A stretch of DNA of 64,000 nucleotides from the NCBI RefSeq assembly GCF_009834535.1, contig NC_045697.1, positions 33,792,001 to 33,856,000 on the forward strand, in the 5' to 3' direction. A model generated the notes under the pieces. The model saw nothing but the letters and a program-made list of their open reading frames with translations. It was not told where the DNA came from and did no database searches. The translations under genes and the position numbers were made by a program. The first letter of the stretch is position 1, and the number at the start of each line of letters is the position of its first letter. The DNA comes from Camelus ferus (taxonomy: Eukaryota). Below are positions 1-14,481 of this stretch, piece by piece.

Positions 1-743
1 ATTTTAATTATTGACCTTTCTCTTTCAAACTGGAATCTCTTACCACTTTCCCTACTGCTTACCCATATTTTACTTTGTTTTTCCTGTTATAGAAAGCTGC
101 CTTCTCTTTAACAAAGAATCACTTTTTATGTAATTAATTGTTGAATTTTTAGTGTTTCTAGTTTTAGCAATAAAACACATGCCACAACAAAATAATTGTG
201 CTAATATTGGAAATCTAAATGTTTAGAATATATTTTCCTTCATATTTTGGCTCTTTTCTGGCAATTTATCAAATGTATATACATCACTAACTTTCAAAAA
301 GGGAAACTTTCTCTGAAAAGAAACTTTTAATATCTTCCATTCTGATAGAGGTTTAGCTTAAAAATCTTAATGAGATGGAATCAAAATAATTTGAAACTAA
401 AACTCTAGACCTCAAAATTTACTAACCAGAAAAAATAGTGCACTTCTCATCTGACTAATGGGAGATTCATTGTGGCCTCAAGCTGGTTGACCTATCAGCA
501 GTAATTGATACCACTGATCGTTTCTTTTTCCCTAACATGGTTTCCTACCTTGGTGGCTTTCAGGATACCAAATTCTTCTGGTTTTCTTCCTTCCTGAGGT
601 ATCTTCTCAGTGTCTTTTTCTAGTTCCTTTCTCTCTACCTCAAACTCAAAGAATTGGGAAAGCCCTGAGAATCTTGAATTTCTTCTGTTTTCTACATATA
701 CTCACAATGCTGGTGAAATTATGCAATCCGTGGCATCAAATGC

Positions 744-1117
744 TGTGTTAATTTGCTAAGATTGCCTTAACAAAATATTACAGACGGGGTGCCTTAAACA
801 ACAGGAGTTTACTTTCTCATGGTTCTGGAGGCTGGAGATCAAGGAGATCAAGATCAAGGTGTTTGCAAGTTTGGTTCTCCTGAAGTCTCTCTCCTCGGCT
901 TCTTGCTGTGTCCTCAACTGGCCTTTGTGTGTGTGAACTCCTGATGTCTCTTCTTCCTCTCATAAGGACACCAGTCTTATTGGGTTAGGACTCCCTCTTA
1001 TAACCTTATTTAATCTTAGTTAACGCTTTAGAGTATTGGGTCAGTCTCCAAGTACAGTCAAGTCGAGGGCAGGGCTTCAACACAAAAATGTTGGAACACA
1101 CAATTAAGTCCGTAACA
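744..1117 (-). mobile_element. MaLR solo LTR (MLT1 family)
   Basis: TG...CA ends (tgtgttaatttgctaag...aagtccgtaaca); diagnostic ttaaacaacag, ttctggaggctgg, cataaggacaccagtc; 5-bp TSD aatgc (739-743) / aatac (1118-1122). Confidence 0.85.
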
Positions 1118-1544
1118 AATACCATCTACATGTTGATGGCTTTCAACTTTATATCTCCAGCAAGATTTCTTTGTTGACATGACACTATCCAAATACATCC
1201 AATTTAGCCTGTCCCAAACTGACTTATGACCCAAACTCCCTTTCCCCAGCTCTTCCTCGACATCCTCCTCAGCCCAGACAATGACAACTCTTTCATCTGT
1301 TCAGCTCAGAGATTTTGGTCATCCTCAATTCCTCTCTTTCCCTCACACCCCATATCCAATCGGTCAGAAATCCCTGTTGACTCCAGCGTCAAAATATATC
1401 CAGAATATGACTTCCCTTCTCATCCCCACCACTACTATCATAATTTTTCCACCTGAATTAGTGACATAACTCTTTCCATCTTGCCCTCCAGCAGTCTGCA
1501 TTCTAGAGTAGCTAGAGTGATTTTGTTTAAAAAAAAAAAAAGAG

Positions 1545-1930
1545 AAAGAAAGAGAAAGAAAAATACTATATGATATCACTTATATGTGGAATCTTAAAAA
1601 AAAAGACACAAATGAACTTATTTACAAAACAGAAACAGACTCATAGACATAGAAAACAAACTTATGGTTACAGAGGGAAAGTTGGTAGGGGAGGAATAAA
1701 TTATGAGTTTGGGACTAGCAGATACAAACTTCTATATATAAAATAGATAAACAACAAGATCCTACTGGATAGCACAGGGAACTATATTCAATACCTTGTG
1801 GTAACCTATAATGAAAAAGAATATGAAAACGAATATATGTATGTATATGTATGACTGAAATGTGCTGTACATCAGAAATTGACACAACATTGTAAACTTG
1901 ACTATATTTCAATTTTCAAAAAAGAAAAAA
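1545..1930 (+). mobile_element. 5'-truncated lineage-specific L1 (3'UTR) with A-rich tail
   Basis: gatatcacttatatgtggaatct...atagcacagggaactatattcaatacc...gaaattgacacaacattgtaaac: cetartiodactyl-type L1 3' end. Confidence 0.9.
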
Positions 1931-2979
1931 TATTAAAATTGATTGTTTTCACATACACACACAAACAAGTCAGATATGTTATTCTTCATATCAGAGTCTT
2001 CCTCTGGCCTTCCACCTTACTCAGAATATATCCTGCAACTCTCTAACTCATCCCCTGTTGCTTATTCTGCCTGTCACTTCTGCTCTAGCTGCGTGGCCTC
2101 CTTAAACACACCAGGCACGTTGTCACTTGTCTCCTTACCCTTGCTATTCTCTGTTGGAAATGTTTTCCCTCACTAGGTGTACATGGCTCACTCCATCACT
2201 ACCTGTAGGTCTTTATTCAAATGTCACCTTTTCAATCAGTTCTTCCTTGACCCATTTCTAAAGTTTCAGCAAACACATCCCTTCCCAGATTTTCATGCCC
2301 TGGTTTACTATTTTTCCCCTGTAACAGTCTAAATATACAGTATACTTTACATTTTTACCTTTCTTATGTTCCATTTCCCTTAGCGGAATATAAACTCCAT
2401 GATGACAATGGTGTATTTTTATCTGTTAAGTTCAGAGCTGTGTACTCAGCATTTAGAATAGTGCTTGGCTCATCTTCGACATTCAATAAACATTGTTGAA
2501 TTTCTTTATTTATCCATTCATTCAATAAATAGTCATTGCATAGCTATTTTGTGCCAGACAAAATTCTAGATAGGGGATATGCATTGGTGAATTAAAGAAA
2601 GGTTTTTTTTTCCTCACAGAGCTTTGATTTCATGGTTTTATTATAAGAATGAACATCATAGGGATGAACACAAACATCTCAGCCACAACACTGGGCCATG
2701 TGGGGAGAGAGGAAATGCTGAACCACTAGAAATAGCAGATATCATGATGAAGTTGGAAATGGAAGGCATTCATGGCAGCCCACAAATCTGGTTGTAATTT
2801 CAGTTCCTCTACAGGTGTGTAGATCTTCAATCATGTGTGGTCTTATTTCAAGTGTCCCATCCTTATTACTAGTCAACCGCTACCTCAGTCACTGCTTGTC
2901 TTCTGGGGGGATTTTTCATTATTTGTTCATCAACACTTGGATATTTCACTCTCTGTGCTCCAACTTTTCTCCATCAGAA

Positions 2980-3230
2980 GTACTGTAGCATGGTGATTAA
3001 TAATACTGGCTTTGGATTTTGATTTTCTGAGTTTGAACCCTGGGTCTGTCATATTTAAGTTGGGTGACCAACTGCAAGTTGCTTTTCCCATCTGTTCTTC
3101 CTTTTAAAAAACCTGAAAAATGAAGACAATATTACCAGAGTTTAAAGATATTAGGTATAAATGACTAAATATGTGAAAAAAAAAGACGTATAACAGTGCT
3201 TGACACATAGTAAGTACTAAATAAATTATA
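2980..3230 (+). mobile_element. MIR SINE
   Basis: tagcatggtgattaa...gtttgaaccctgggtctgtc...aacagtgcttgacacatagtaagtactaaataaat matches the MIR layout. Confidence 0.7.
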
Positions 3231-3479
3231 ACTTGTTTTTAATTTATAATTTTATAAGAAGTATTGCTTATTCAAAATATCTGCTCCTCCCCATTTCATC
3301 ACAGCCAGTCAATATCATGGTACCTGTCATGGTACCTACTCTAACTCAGAAATAGTTAATTTCTGTACCTTTGCTATAGTCTCAGAATAATTTCTTAACA
3401 ATTGCTTTCCACTTCATTGCACCTAAAAGTTAGAGAATAATTTGTTTTACTGGTTTATTTGCATATCACTTAAATTTTG

Positions 3480-4440
3480 TGTCTTAATTTCCTTTTTCTT
3501 GTATTGAAGTTTTGTTTTGCTGTAGTAAGCCTTAGGTAATTCTTGCTGAAAGAATTTGTAGGGGGCAAACCTTTCTCAATCGTTTTATGTCTACAAATGA
3601 CTTTATATTTTCAACACAACTGAATGCTAGTTTGTGAGAGTACAGAATTAGCACTTAAAAGTCATTTTCACTCAGTTTTTAAAATCTTGCTTCATTGATT
3701 TCTGGTACTAATCATTTGTAGATAATTTCTGATGCATAGGGTAATAAACATCTGTTGGTTTTCCTCTTGTTAAAAAATGAATTTCTGGTACTAAATTTGC
3801 TGATAAGAATGACAGATTATTCTCTTTTCTATGAAAATAATATGATTTCTTTTTCTCAAGAGAATTTTTGATTTATCCAAGGTGTTCTGAAAATTCACAA
3901 GAATATGACTAATTAGTGCTGTTTAACATTCAGTGAGCTCATTCAATTATACAACTAATAACTTTTGAAACTTCTGGGACATTGCTATTTCTTTCATTAT
4001 TTGCTCCTCTCATTTTACTGTATTCTTTCCTTATGTAATTTCTGTATCTCTTTTCGATGACTCTTTATTCTGTCTTTTGCAATGTAATCTTGATAATTAC
4101 TTGACTATATTATCTGGTTCACTAATAAAATCTTCAATTGTGTCATTCATCTATCAAATTTTCTTTTAAAGTTTGTAATTACATTTCAAATTCCTAGAGC
4201 CCCAGTTTTTTTTGTTATTATTGACTTTTATTTTTGCCTAATAGTTTATTCTTTTTCTTGAGTTTTCTCTAATCACTTAAATATTTCTCGAGCTATTATA
4301 TTTGCTTTAAAGTTGTCTTTCTTCCCACAAGGATTTAGTTTTCTGCTTGTGGAATTTATTCCTTTTCCTTCATGTTGTTGATATTCCTTAAAGATTCACT
4401 GATCTTTGATTACCTGTCCATATTTATACATGCGGGTCCA
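3480..4440 (-). mobile_element. Old L1 (L1M-type) antisense fragments
   Basis: T-rich degenerate sequence typical of antisense ancient L1; subfamily and boundaries not resolvable by eye. Confidence 0.45.
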
Positions 4441-5824
4441 TATTCACAGTATCTCATTTCTTAAACCCAAGTTAGAACGAATCCATGTCTATGGTTAATA
4501 CATTTCTAATTACAGCCACAGTCCACCTCATATTTGTTCAGCCTTAGCATAAAGTAGAAGTGACTGAAGAAAACATTCTGTTGCTTAAAATGTTGGATGA
4601 TTTAGACTTTATCTGCAAGAGGGAGGGCAGTTTTGTAAACTTGGTTTCTTTACTCAGAAAATGAGTAATTATTTAATTAACAAATCACACTGTCACTGTA
4701 TCATTCCATGATCAGTCCATATGTCTAGGTTTTCCAAGTTTTCTTTCCAATTCCTCTTAAAATAATTGGAAGAATTTTGATGACAACAAAGTAAAAATGA
4801 TAGGTTAGCAATGTTCTGATCTCCATGCAGTAATGGTGAGTATGTATTTAGTATGGGGCAGAAAAAAATAGTTTCATTTTTCTCTTTGTAGTCTCGTTCT
4901 TCTTCCTCCTCCTTTCCTTAGTTCTTCCTCCCATCACTTCACTTTTCTCACTGCAACTGGTGTTTCATTCTCCCTGAAACGCTGCCAGCTCCTTTACTGC
5001 CATCAACTGTGTAAGGCAAAGCCTTTGCTTATGGTTTCCAACTGCAGCTTCTCCCAAGTGCTTAACTCTGTGATGTTAAGGTCTAGCAGAAAGTCTCAAT
5101 CTTTTGAGGTGTCTTCCCTGACACTCCAGGATCATATGGAATGCCCTCTTTTCATTTCTAGCTTTTCTTTGTGTTTTTCACTGGTAATTTGTGTGTTTAC
5201 CCTATTAGTTTTCATCTTTCATTGTTGTATAATTCTAAAAATATTTTTGAATAAATGAAGGAGCCCTAAGGCTATATGTTTAAATAGAAAACAGTTCATC
5301 TGGATAATCACCTGGCTATTCATAACACTTTTCCTTCAGTTAATCCCAGGCACTAAAAATTCAGTCTTTGAAGTAAATAAGATGAAAAGTATAAATAGTT
5401 CCTACTAAAAAAAATAACAGTAAAATCTCTACACATTAACACAGATATGAATGGCAACACTTTTCAATGACAGTCTAAAGCAATATCTCCCTGGTAACAA
5501 CCTTAATAGTCATTCTCTTAGATTTTCTTTTGCCCACAGATCCACATTGGTCAACCAGAAGTCATAACGCAGTAAGCACTTCCAGTTTTCAGAGTGACTC
5601 TTATCAAGATTCCACTTGGGGAACATAAGTCTGTTGTGCTTAAAGAAAAAAAAATCTCTAATTCTGGCTTCTTCTAAAAATATAAATCACTCATAACATA
5701 GGATAAACTCTAAATGCATTTAATTACATAGAAGAATTTGCAAAAATCATGTAATTATCTCAATAGAGGTTAAAAAAGTATTTTATAGTGGCAACATTTT
5801 TTCATAATTAACGTTGCACTGGTG

Positions 5825-6035
5825 AAGAGTATAGATCATCATTAGACTATCTAAATTTGAATTCTATCTCCATCATTTAATTGTTTGACCTTGGATATAT
5901 TAATGAAATTTCTGTCTCTGCTATTTCATCTGTAAAACAGAACTAATAATAGTATCACTACCTTGTAAGGGATGATAAGCACTAAAACTGTCAAGTGTTT
6001 AACATAATATTGGTAAATAATAAGATAGTTAACAT
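5825..6035 (+). mobile_element. MIR SINE
   Basis: tgaccttggatatattaa...ttcatctgtaaaacag...taataatagta core. Confidence 0.6.
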
Positions 6036-6799
6036 TTTGATGTTAACTATGCTTACTAAAGCATATAAATCAGTATTTTTAATAAAAGTAATAACTTGGA
6101 ATATCTCTACTAGTATATTTTTAAATAAGAAATTATATATTTATTTGGGTAGAATTTGCCTTAAAACAAGAAAAGAATATCTGTATAATCACTCCATATA
6201 CTGGAAATGATAGAAATATTGGAAATAGTAATTTGAGAAGAAACTCAAAAGAAGTATACATATAGGAAAAGAATAAAGTATGAATTTATTTACAACTATG
6301 TAATTTATAAAATTATAGCATGACCATTAAAAAATAAAAATAAGAAGAGGTGAAAATATACTTTCCTATGTTACACAATATGTTTTATCCTCAAAAGTCC
6401 ACATCACAATATATGAATAAGAAGAGCTAAAAAATAAAATACAAAGTGAAAAAAAAGACATTTTTTTATATTAGCAGCTAAAAAAAATCTTTTAATGTAG
6501 CCTGAAATGCAAGACATTTTTTCTAAGAAAATAATAAACTTTTAGAGAATAAATTGACATAAAAAAAGAAATGAGTCTATTTCCATTAACACAGATAAAA
6601 ATACTACTTAATTAATTAGTAGATTTACTGTAATATCAAAGTTACACAAGATTTTATAATCTTAATAAATTAATACAGTACTTAATCTACAAAATAAAGT
6701 GTGAAAGCATAATAAAGGATATATATTTTGATAATAGTGCGGCTACTAGTGATAAAATAGATCATATTATAAGTGAAATTTTGTACCTTTTGACCAGTT

Positions 6800-7015
6800 G
6801 TAAGATGAGCAAGTTCTGAAGATCTGATGTATAGCATAGTGATTATAGTTAATAATAATTGTATTGTATTCTTGAAATCTGCTAAAAGAGCAAATATTAA
6901 GTGTTCTCATAACACACACACAAGAAGGTATCTATGTGAGGTGATGGATGTATTAACTTGGTTGTGGTAAGCATTTTACAATGTATATTAATTTGAAATC
7001 ATTATCATATATATT
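6800..7015 (+). mobile_element. L1MA/L1MB-type 3' end
   Basis: aagttctgaagatctgatgtatagcatagtgattatagttaataata...tatgtgaggtgatggatgt...cattttacaatgtata. Confidence 0.75.
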
Positions 7016-7129
7016 ATAATCAAATGTGATGTATGTGTATGACGTTAGGTTAAAACAGAAAACCTGATGTATTAAACAGTGCAGATCCCACAGATAGATT
7101 CAGAAAAGAGCACGTTGTATGGTTGTTAG

Positions 7130-9310
7130 TATTACAAACTATCCTTAAGATAGATTGTGGTAATGTAGCCTGCCCCCAAAGTATATGAAATTATATTTCT
7201 CCATAGCATTCATGATACTTGAGGTTAAAGCTTTTTAAAATAACAAACTAGTGAAGAAAAGTGGTACTCCATATTTTTTCAAATTTGATTACTACTGAGG
7301 TTGAAATTTTTTCATATAACTTTTGATAACTTTACAATCATTTGCTCATTTACTTATTGGGTTTCTTTATTTCTCTTATTGGTATATATCAACACTTAAA
7401 AATATAAATTGCAAATATATCTTCCTGTTTGTCACCTACCGTTTTAATTAGTTTTTATAAAATATTTCAAATACCTAGAAATAAATAGAAGAATATTGAA
7501 CATCCATATAACAAGTTTTGATTAATTTGTTTGAGACTTTTTTTCTTGGATAAGGTATTACAGATTCAGTTGAAGCCTGTTTTATATCCTGAAATCTAGT
7601 ACCCTTCATATTATTATTATTGTCTATTTTTACAATATCGAGCTAAAATAATATATTCTGAATTTTGAACTTAAATATTTTTAATTGTAATGTTATCACA
7701 TCTAGCTCTTTTTGTTTTGGCTTAATATTTTATATTGGGATTTATTTGTGTGAAAGCATGTAGATATTTATAAATTTTGAGTATTGTATTCCATTGTGTG
7801 ACTATATTTGTATTTGTTTATTCCCAATAGATAAACATTTAAGTTGCTGCAAATTTTACATTATTAAAAGCAACACTGCAATGAACATTCTTAGACTGCA
7901 TGAGTACATCTCTAGGGTATGTTCCTTGAGGTGGAAATTCTGGGCCAAATGGCACATGCATCTTTGACTTTACCAGATATGTGCAAACTTCTTTACAAAG
8001 TGTTCAGGTCCATTTATATGCCTATATAAGAACATATATGAGAGTCTCTAACCAGTATTTGACATTCTTAAATTTTTCATATCTGACAGATTTGAAACAG
8101 TATATCATTGATTCAATTTGCAATTTCTCATTTGGGGTGACTCTGCCCTTTTTTCTTTCTTCCTTATTTACTTGTAGGTTTTTTTTTGATAAACTCTTCA
8201 CACTAATCTTTTGCTGTTAAATTTGCTGAAAACACATTCTTTCAGTGTGTGACTTGCCTTTTCACTGTATTAATAGGGTCTTTGAATTTAAAGTTTACAT
8301 TTTTAGTTAGTTATCACTATTAATCTTTCTCTGTATAGTTTATACTCTTGTTTATCTTTAAATCTTCTCCTACACCCAAATCATAAATGTATTTCCTATG
8401 AAGTTTTTCTAAAGTTAGGAACTTTTGGTTTTATATTTGAGTTATTTGTCCACCTGTAATACATTTTTGTGCATGTAATGAGGTAAAGAACTACTTTTTT
8501 TCCCTTTGGATAATAAATTGTCTCCACAGCATTTATTGAGTAGCTCACCTTTTCCCACTCATCTAAAATAGAGGAATAGTTTTATGCTCTTTATTTGGTT
8601 ATACATTAGAATTTTTGTTATTATTGTAATGGAGTAAGGTTTCCTATTATGTTTTTGTTTGTAACTGCTGTGTATAAGAATACTACTAACAAGTATTAAA
8701 TGTTATTTGATCTTGAAGTTGAAGGGCTTGTTTAACTCTCATTATATTCTTATATGTTTGGAGACTTTATTGGATTTTTTCTCTAGACAAATTTACCATG
8801 TGGAAATAAGGAAGGTTTAGTTTCTTCCTTTTCTAATCTTTAAAAAAAAATTGTGTTGTCTCATTGCAGTATCCTACCTGAAATATTATGTAAAATATTC
8901 CTACTTTAATGAAAGTACCTCTTAAATATTGTAATTAATTACTTTTCAAGTGTATGTTTAAAAATAACTTTAAAATTATATATTCATCTCTAATAACATT
9001 TTCTATTAATTTTTCTGCTTTGATCAGCATACATTCAAGAGAAAAGATGTTCAATAATCATTTATTAAGTGATGAGTGATTATATTATAGGTACTTATTA
9101 TTTTTATGATTTTTTTTTACATTTAACTCTTTAACTCAACTGAAACTTATTTTAGCAAGAAGTACAAGGAAGTGCTTATATTTATTGTTTTCCAAAGATA
9201 GAATTTCCCTACTATTTATTGGAGAGGCTGTTATTTATCCACTAGTTGGAAACATTAATTTTACTATGTGTTTAGTTTTTTTTTTTATACTGAGGTCAGT
9301 TTCTGGGGAA
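7130..9310 (-). mobile_element. Old L1 (L1M-type) antisense ORF2/3'UTR remnants
   Basis: tattccattgtgtg, gcaatgaacattctt, ggaaattctgggccaaatgg, cacagcatttattgagtag: degenerate antisense L1 motifs. Confidence 0.6.
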
Positions 9311-9753
9311 TGGAGGATAGAGTTAGGGTGAGCATTTATTTTGTCCTCACTTACGGGAAGGCAGCTGCTTAGGAGTACTTCTCAACAATTATTATAAACT
9401 TTCTTCCTCATATATCCAACCTAACATATCCATTTAAGTAAGACTTTAAGCCAACTGGACGACAGGTAATAATGGGTTAACTATGATTGCAGAGTCTCAT
9501 ACTTGCTGGGCACAAAACAGGTGCTAAATAAATCTGATTGAAGTAAGACTGAATGGAAGTGGACTTTAGTTATATTCTTAAACAATACATGAAAATATGT
9601 ATTTTTAAACAAAATCTCCACTAGTCCTCCCTTTAAAGTGTGCTGTGTGCATTAAAGCTACACAGCATCTCTGAAATCACTTTTTAATAAACAGCTTTAG
9701 CTTGGACTCAGTATTTACAAGAATAAATGAATGAGCAGAACTAATTTGAAAGT

Positions 9754-10044
9754 GATAAGAGATTCCTTCCACTGACATCACCACCTCACTGCCCACCCCT
9801 ACCCCCAGCATGTGCGTCCACGCTTGCGCACGTGCGCACACACACACACACAATTCGGCACATCCAAAAGAAACGACCAGGCGAACAAAAATCCTAGTTC
9901 AAACAAACTGTGGAGTTGAGGCTGATGAAAGGTGATGAAGAAGATTCACTAGAAAGGTTAATGCTGATTAATTGGAGGCTGTTGGCTAAATGTGGTGACA
10001 ACAGATTTTCAGATGTTTTAAAGTTGGGACCAGGAAGAGGTGGT
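9754..10044 (+). repeat. Local direct duplication, copy A (partner 24851-25144)
   Basis: By-eye alignment over ~290 bp gives about 17 substitutions and 2 indels. Confidence 0.95.
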
Positions 10045-10263
10045 AAAACCATCCATCATTTTCAAGTTTGATCCCAATTCAAAGTAGCAATTCAAGGCTG
10101 CTTACTCTAAATTCTTATCAATAATCATGTTCACTTAGAATATGTGTAAGTTTTCTTGATCTTGAGACACTTCCATCCTAGTTAGATGAAAATTTTTTGT
10201 TCCCCTAAGAGTTGTCAGGAGAGGATGAGAGGATGACCAATGGCTCTCAGGAGCAACTTTCAC

Positions 10264-10291
<28 letters not shown>
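10264..10291 (+). repeat. poly(A) tract
   Basis: Run of ~28 A. Confidence 0.9.
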
Positions 10292-10294
<3 letters not shown>

Positions 10295-11904
10295 AAATTG
10301 AGTTGATTCTTCAAGGAGGGAAGATCTTATTTAAGAGGACTGATTGGGGAAAAAATGAGCAACTTTACAGAGGAAGTAACCATTGGCTTTTTCAAGGCAT
10401 AACAAATCTCTTACTGTTTCTGGAGCTGTGATGTTTAAAATTCTTTCTATTATTTAGTTATTTCTCTGTATTATTTTGAATTTATTTTTCCCAATTAACT
10501 CCAAAAATTATTCAAGACAGCTTACACACTGTATATATTTTGTGCAACATATCTGTTTCTAAATTAGTGACAGAAGAAAATTAAATTTAAAATTCTAAGG
10601 CATCAGAGAGAAATGCAATACATCAAAATGCTGATCATTAAGATCTTAAATAATGATTAAAGCTGAATTGTACCTATAATTCTTTGATTCCTTGTGGCTA
10701 AAGCAAATAAGGAAGTGAATGAATTTTAGGATCTCTATTGCCCATAAGATACAAGCTTTCAGGAAATGAAATACTTTTCAGAGCACTAGGATCTGGGAAT
10801 TTTTTTCTCCCAAAGGTCTTCACACATCAGATACTGAGTGATACATTGGCTCCATCCTCAACAGCATCCTAATAATAGATGTGATCATAAATATGACTTC
10901 TTGTAGTACCCTTCCACGTAAGTGGAGGGCATAATTTAAAAGCCACATTGAGTAAAACTGATCCCAACTGAGGTGTGCTAAACATTAGGATTCAAGTATA
11001 CAAAGTCACCAATAGCCTTAATTCTGGAATAAAATCTTGACTCATTGGCAAGCACTGTTGAATAAAATCCTGGTTGTTATTCAAAAAGAATTATGATCAA
11101 CTGGAAAACATATATCCCAATAAAGGCTATATAGATTAAACAAACATAGTAAACACCAAAACAGATACATCTTTTATGACTTGAATTTATTTACCAAGGG
11201 TGATGATTTGCAACCTCCAACGGATGGACCAGCTGACAAATTGCATGTGGAAGGGGCTCTCTATTCTGTTTTTTTCTTTCCACTGTTGTATCGCCAACTG
11301 TTAGCATAGTATCTGACACTTAGTAAACATCCAATAAATATTTGAAAAATAAATGAGTGAACTAGTGAATGAAGTAAACCTCTATGTATTTCATTCTCTC
11401 CAGTGTAACTTTAGCAAAGAGCTGTGGAGCATAGAGAGGTACTGTGCTTCAGCAAAGACCTGAAGCATAAATAAATCTCTTTTACTCCTTAAGAGGAGAT
11501 CAGTATGAATTAAAAAGAGGTAGACCTGACATACTTTTAAGAAAATTAAGAAACCTGATTGAGTTAACATTGGCCCAAGAAGAAATGGCCACAATGTTTA
11601 AGGTTGTTGTGAGGCTCCAATGAGAAAATGAAATTAATGTATATGTAGAATGTCAAGATCTACACATGTGCAAGTGTTTGTACAATTCTTTAAGCACCTT
11701 TCAAAAGTCTCCACGTCCTGACCTTTTCAACTCTTTGATGTCTCCATTATACTTCTGAAACCTTGCACTAGTCTATCACCTCCTCTCCATGCTAAACGCT
11801 ATTGACTTTAGTTCCTTTTTCTTGGGGAATTGTAATAACCCTTCTTCATGTTTGTCATTTTCACTGTCTCTGGTTCCTCCTCTTGGGGTCTCTGCTTCAC
11901 AGCA

Positions 11905-12130
11905 TAGAGTAGATAGGTCCATAGATTCTGGGTTAAAATGCTCATTCCACCATTTATTAGCTGTTTGATATTAAACTAATTACATTACCTTGATTTGTTC
12001 TCAGTATCATCATCTATAAAATAATAATAATAATATCTTCCACATTTGGATGGCTATAAGGTTTAAATGAGATTATCTATGTAATGTGCACAATAACTGG
12101 CAAACACCCTACACTGATAAATGTTAATCA
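11905..12130 (+). mobile_element. MIR SINE
   Basis: ccaccatttattagctgt...ctcagtatcatcatctataaaata...taaggtttaaatgagattatctatgtaa. Confidence 0.7.
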
Positions 12131-12149
12131 TTCTTATCATGATTATTCT

Positions 12150-12690
12150 ACCAGAATGTTTTTTAAAACCTAAAGCTGACCCCAACGATCCCTACATGAA
12201 ACTGTCAGTGATTTCCAGAAGCTTACATCTGTGTGGTGGAGTATGTCACTTTCCTTATAGTCTGGCCTCAGCTTCCCTGCACTCTCATCACCCCCCATCT
12301 CTACCTCCACCCCTTTTATATTCTGCTATCATTTCAGGGTTCAGCTGTCTAAGCAGACCATAGGCCTTTTGGTCTCATAGTTTGTCAACATCTCTATCAA
12401 GTCAATTGGCACATGTTGTTTTCTCTTCCTGGAACGTCCCTCCCTCCCTGCTCTGCAAAAAGCTCTCCTTTGGAAACCATATCTACCTCTCTCTGGTAGA
12501 ATTAACAACACTCCTGTCACTATATCAACTATCTAGAGATATACTGAATTTACTTATATTTGTGTCTGTCTCCCCTATTAGCCTGTGAATTTCTCTAGGC
12601 CTAGAACCCTCTTTAAGTCATCTCTAAGTCCCAGAGCACCTAGAACATAGTAAAGATTTAGTATACACTATTTAACAAATGAACAAACAA
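12150..12690 (+). mobile_element. L2 3' fragment
   Basis: Ends tgtctgtctcccctattagcctgtgaatttc...gcacctagaacatagtaaaga...aacaaatgaacaaacaa. Confidence 0.6.
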
Positions 12691-13399
12691 ACGCCTAGCT
12701 GAGGGCCTCCCGCCTAACGTGTGCCTAATGACATTTATCGAATTGTACTGACTGAATTTAATTTAATTCAAACAACACTTGCTCCCGCAGAACCCCAGTC
12801 TACTTGCAAACAGAGGTTAGATCCTCTGGGTGTTTCAGGGTCCTGTTTGGGGTAACTAATACGAGCAAACACCCTGGCAATTAAGAAAGAGGTTTTCCTT
12901 ACTAGAACTTAGAAGAAAAGTTGCGGGGAATGACCCTAGAAAAAGGATTGCCGCCTCATCGCTTGCTTCCTTCATCTCTCTTGCCTGGAGAGACAGAAGA
13001 GAGGAAGAGAAAAAAAGTAGGGGAGCCCGGGGAGCGAGTGCAAAAGTTGATCCGCCCCTCTTCCTCCCCCTCCCACACAGAAGGACAACGCTAAGCCAGG
13101 TTGTCCTAAAACACCTCTCAAGGGGACCTGATTCTTGGAGTCCTCAAATACGTCCTGAGTTTCCTTCTTCTCCGACTTTCCCTCTCCACTCACTTCGTTC
13201 CCCCTGGTCCCCCCGCCCATCACATAAACACACAAACACAGGCAACCAGAGAACCGCCTCTCATCTAGACTCCCAGTTCTAAGACCACTGTGACTGTCAA
13301 CAAAAGATACCAATCACAGGCAGCCTAAGCCAGATCCCTGGGAGTTGAGTTAAAAAAAAAAAAAAATCAGGTTGAAGGCAGAAGGGAAATGCACATAGC

Positions 13400-13776
<377 letters not shown>

Positions 13777-13914
13777 TGAGCTGCCGTTGTTGAATGTCTC
13801 TTTTTTTCTTGGTGTTTTTCTTCTTACATGCTTGCTGGATCATGTAGCTCATTATTTGGGGGGTAGGTGTGCCTGTCTATTTTTATGTCTGCTCGCAGTT
13901 TGTGCTCATTCTGA

Positions 13915-14061
<147 letters not shown>

Positions 14062-14100
14062 TAACGCATATCTAGTTCTTTCCTGTCAAAGATAAATGTC

Positions 14101-14151
14101 AAAAAAAAAAAAAAAAAAAAAGAAGAAGAAGAAGAAGAAGAAGCAGCAGCA
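14101..14151 (+). repeat. Compound microsatellite A21(GAA)7(GCA)3 in intron 2
   Basis: Read directly. Confidence 0.95.
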
Positions 14152-14200
14152 TATAATTTTCGTAAGCTTGCACTACGCCCTAAGCTCTGGCCACACACAA

Positions 14201-14226
14201 ACACACGCGCGCGCGCGCGCGCGCGC
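14201..14226. repeat. Alternating purine-pyrimidine tract with pure (CG)10C at 14206-14226
   Basis: Read directly: acacacgcgcgcgcgcgcgcgcgcgc. Confidence 0.95.
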
Positions 14227-14481
14227 CGGACCCCTAGTCGCAGGTGGACGAAACCCCAGGCAGAGCTGACCTTCCCCCGGCCCGACACACCCTCTGCATA
14301 GTCACTGCATCACGCGTGTGCCCACACCTGTTTTCCCAGGCTGTCCCCTGCAAGGGGTTGGAAGGGTGGGGGTGGCGGAAGCCCATTCGGAATGTACTAA
14401 GCTCAGGGAAGCCCCCTGTCCCCTCCCCAGCTTGTCACCACTCTGAGATTATGTCCATAATGTGTTCCACCTCCCCGGCAG

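Larger units (their letters stand above)
540..2500 (+). mobile_element. LINE-2 (L2) fragment interrupted by an MLT1 LTR and an L1 3' end
   Basis: Pyrimidine-rich L2-like body (tatatctccagc, ttcaaatgtcacctt) ending in the typical L2 3' tail (tagaatagtgcttggc...caataaacattgttgaat). Confidence 0.7.
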
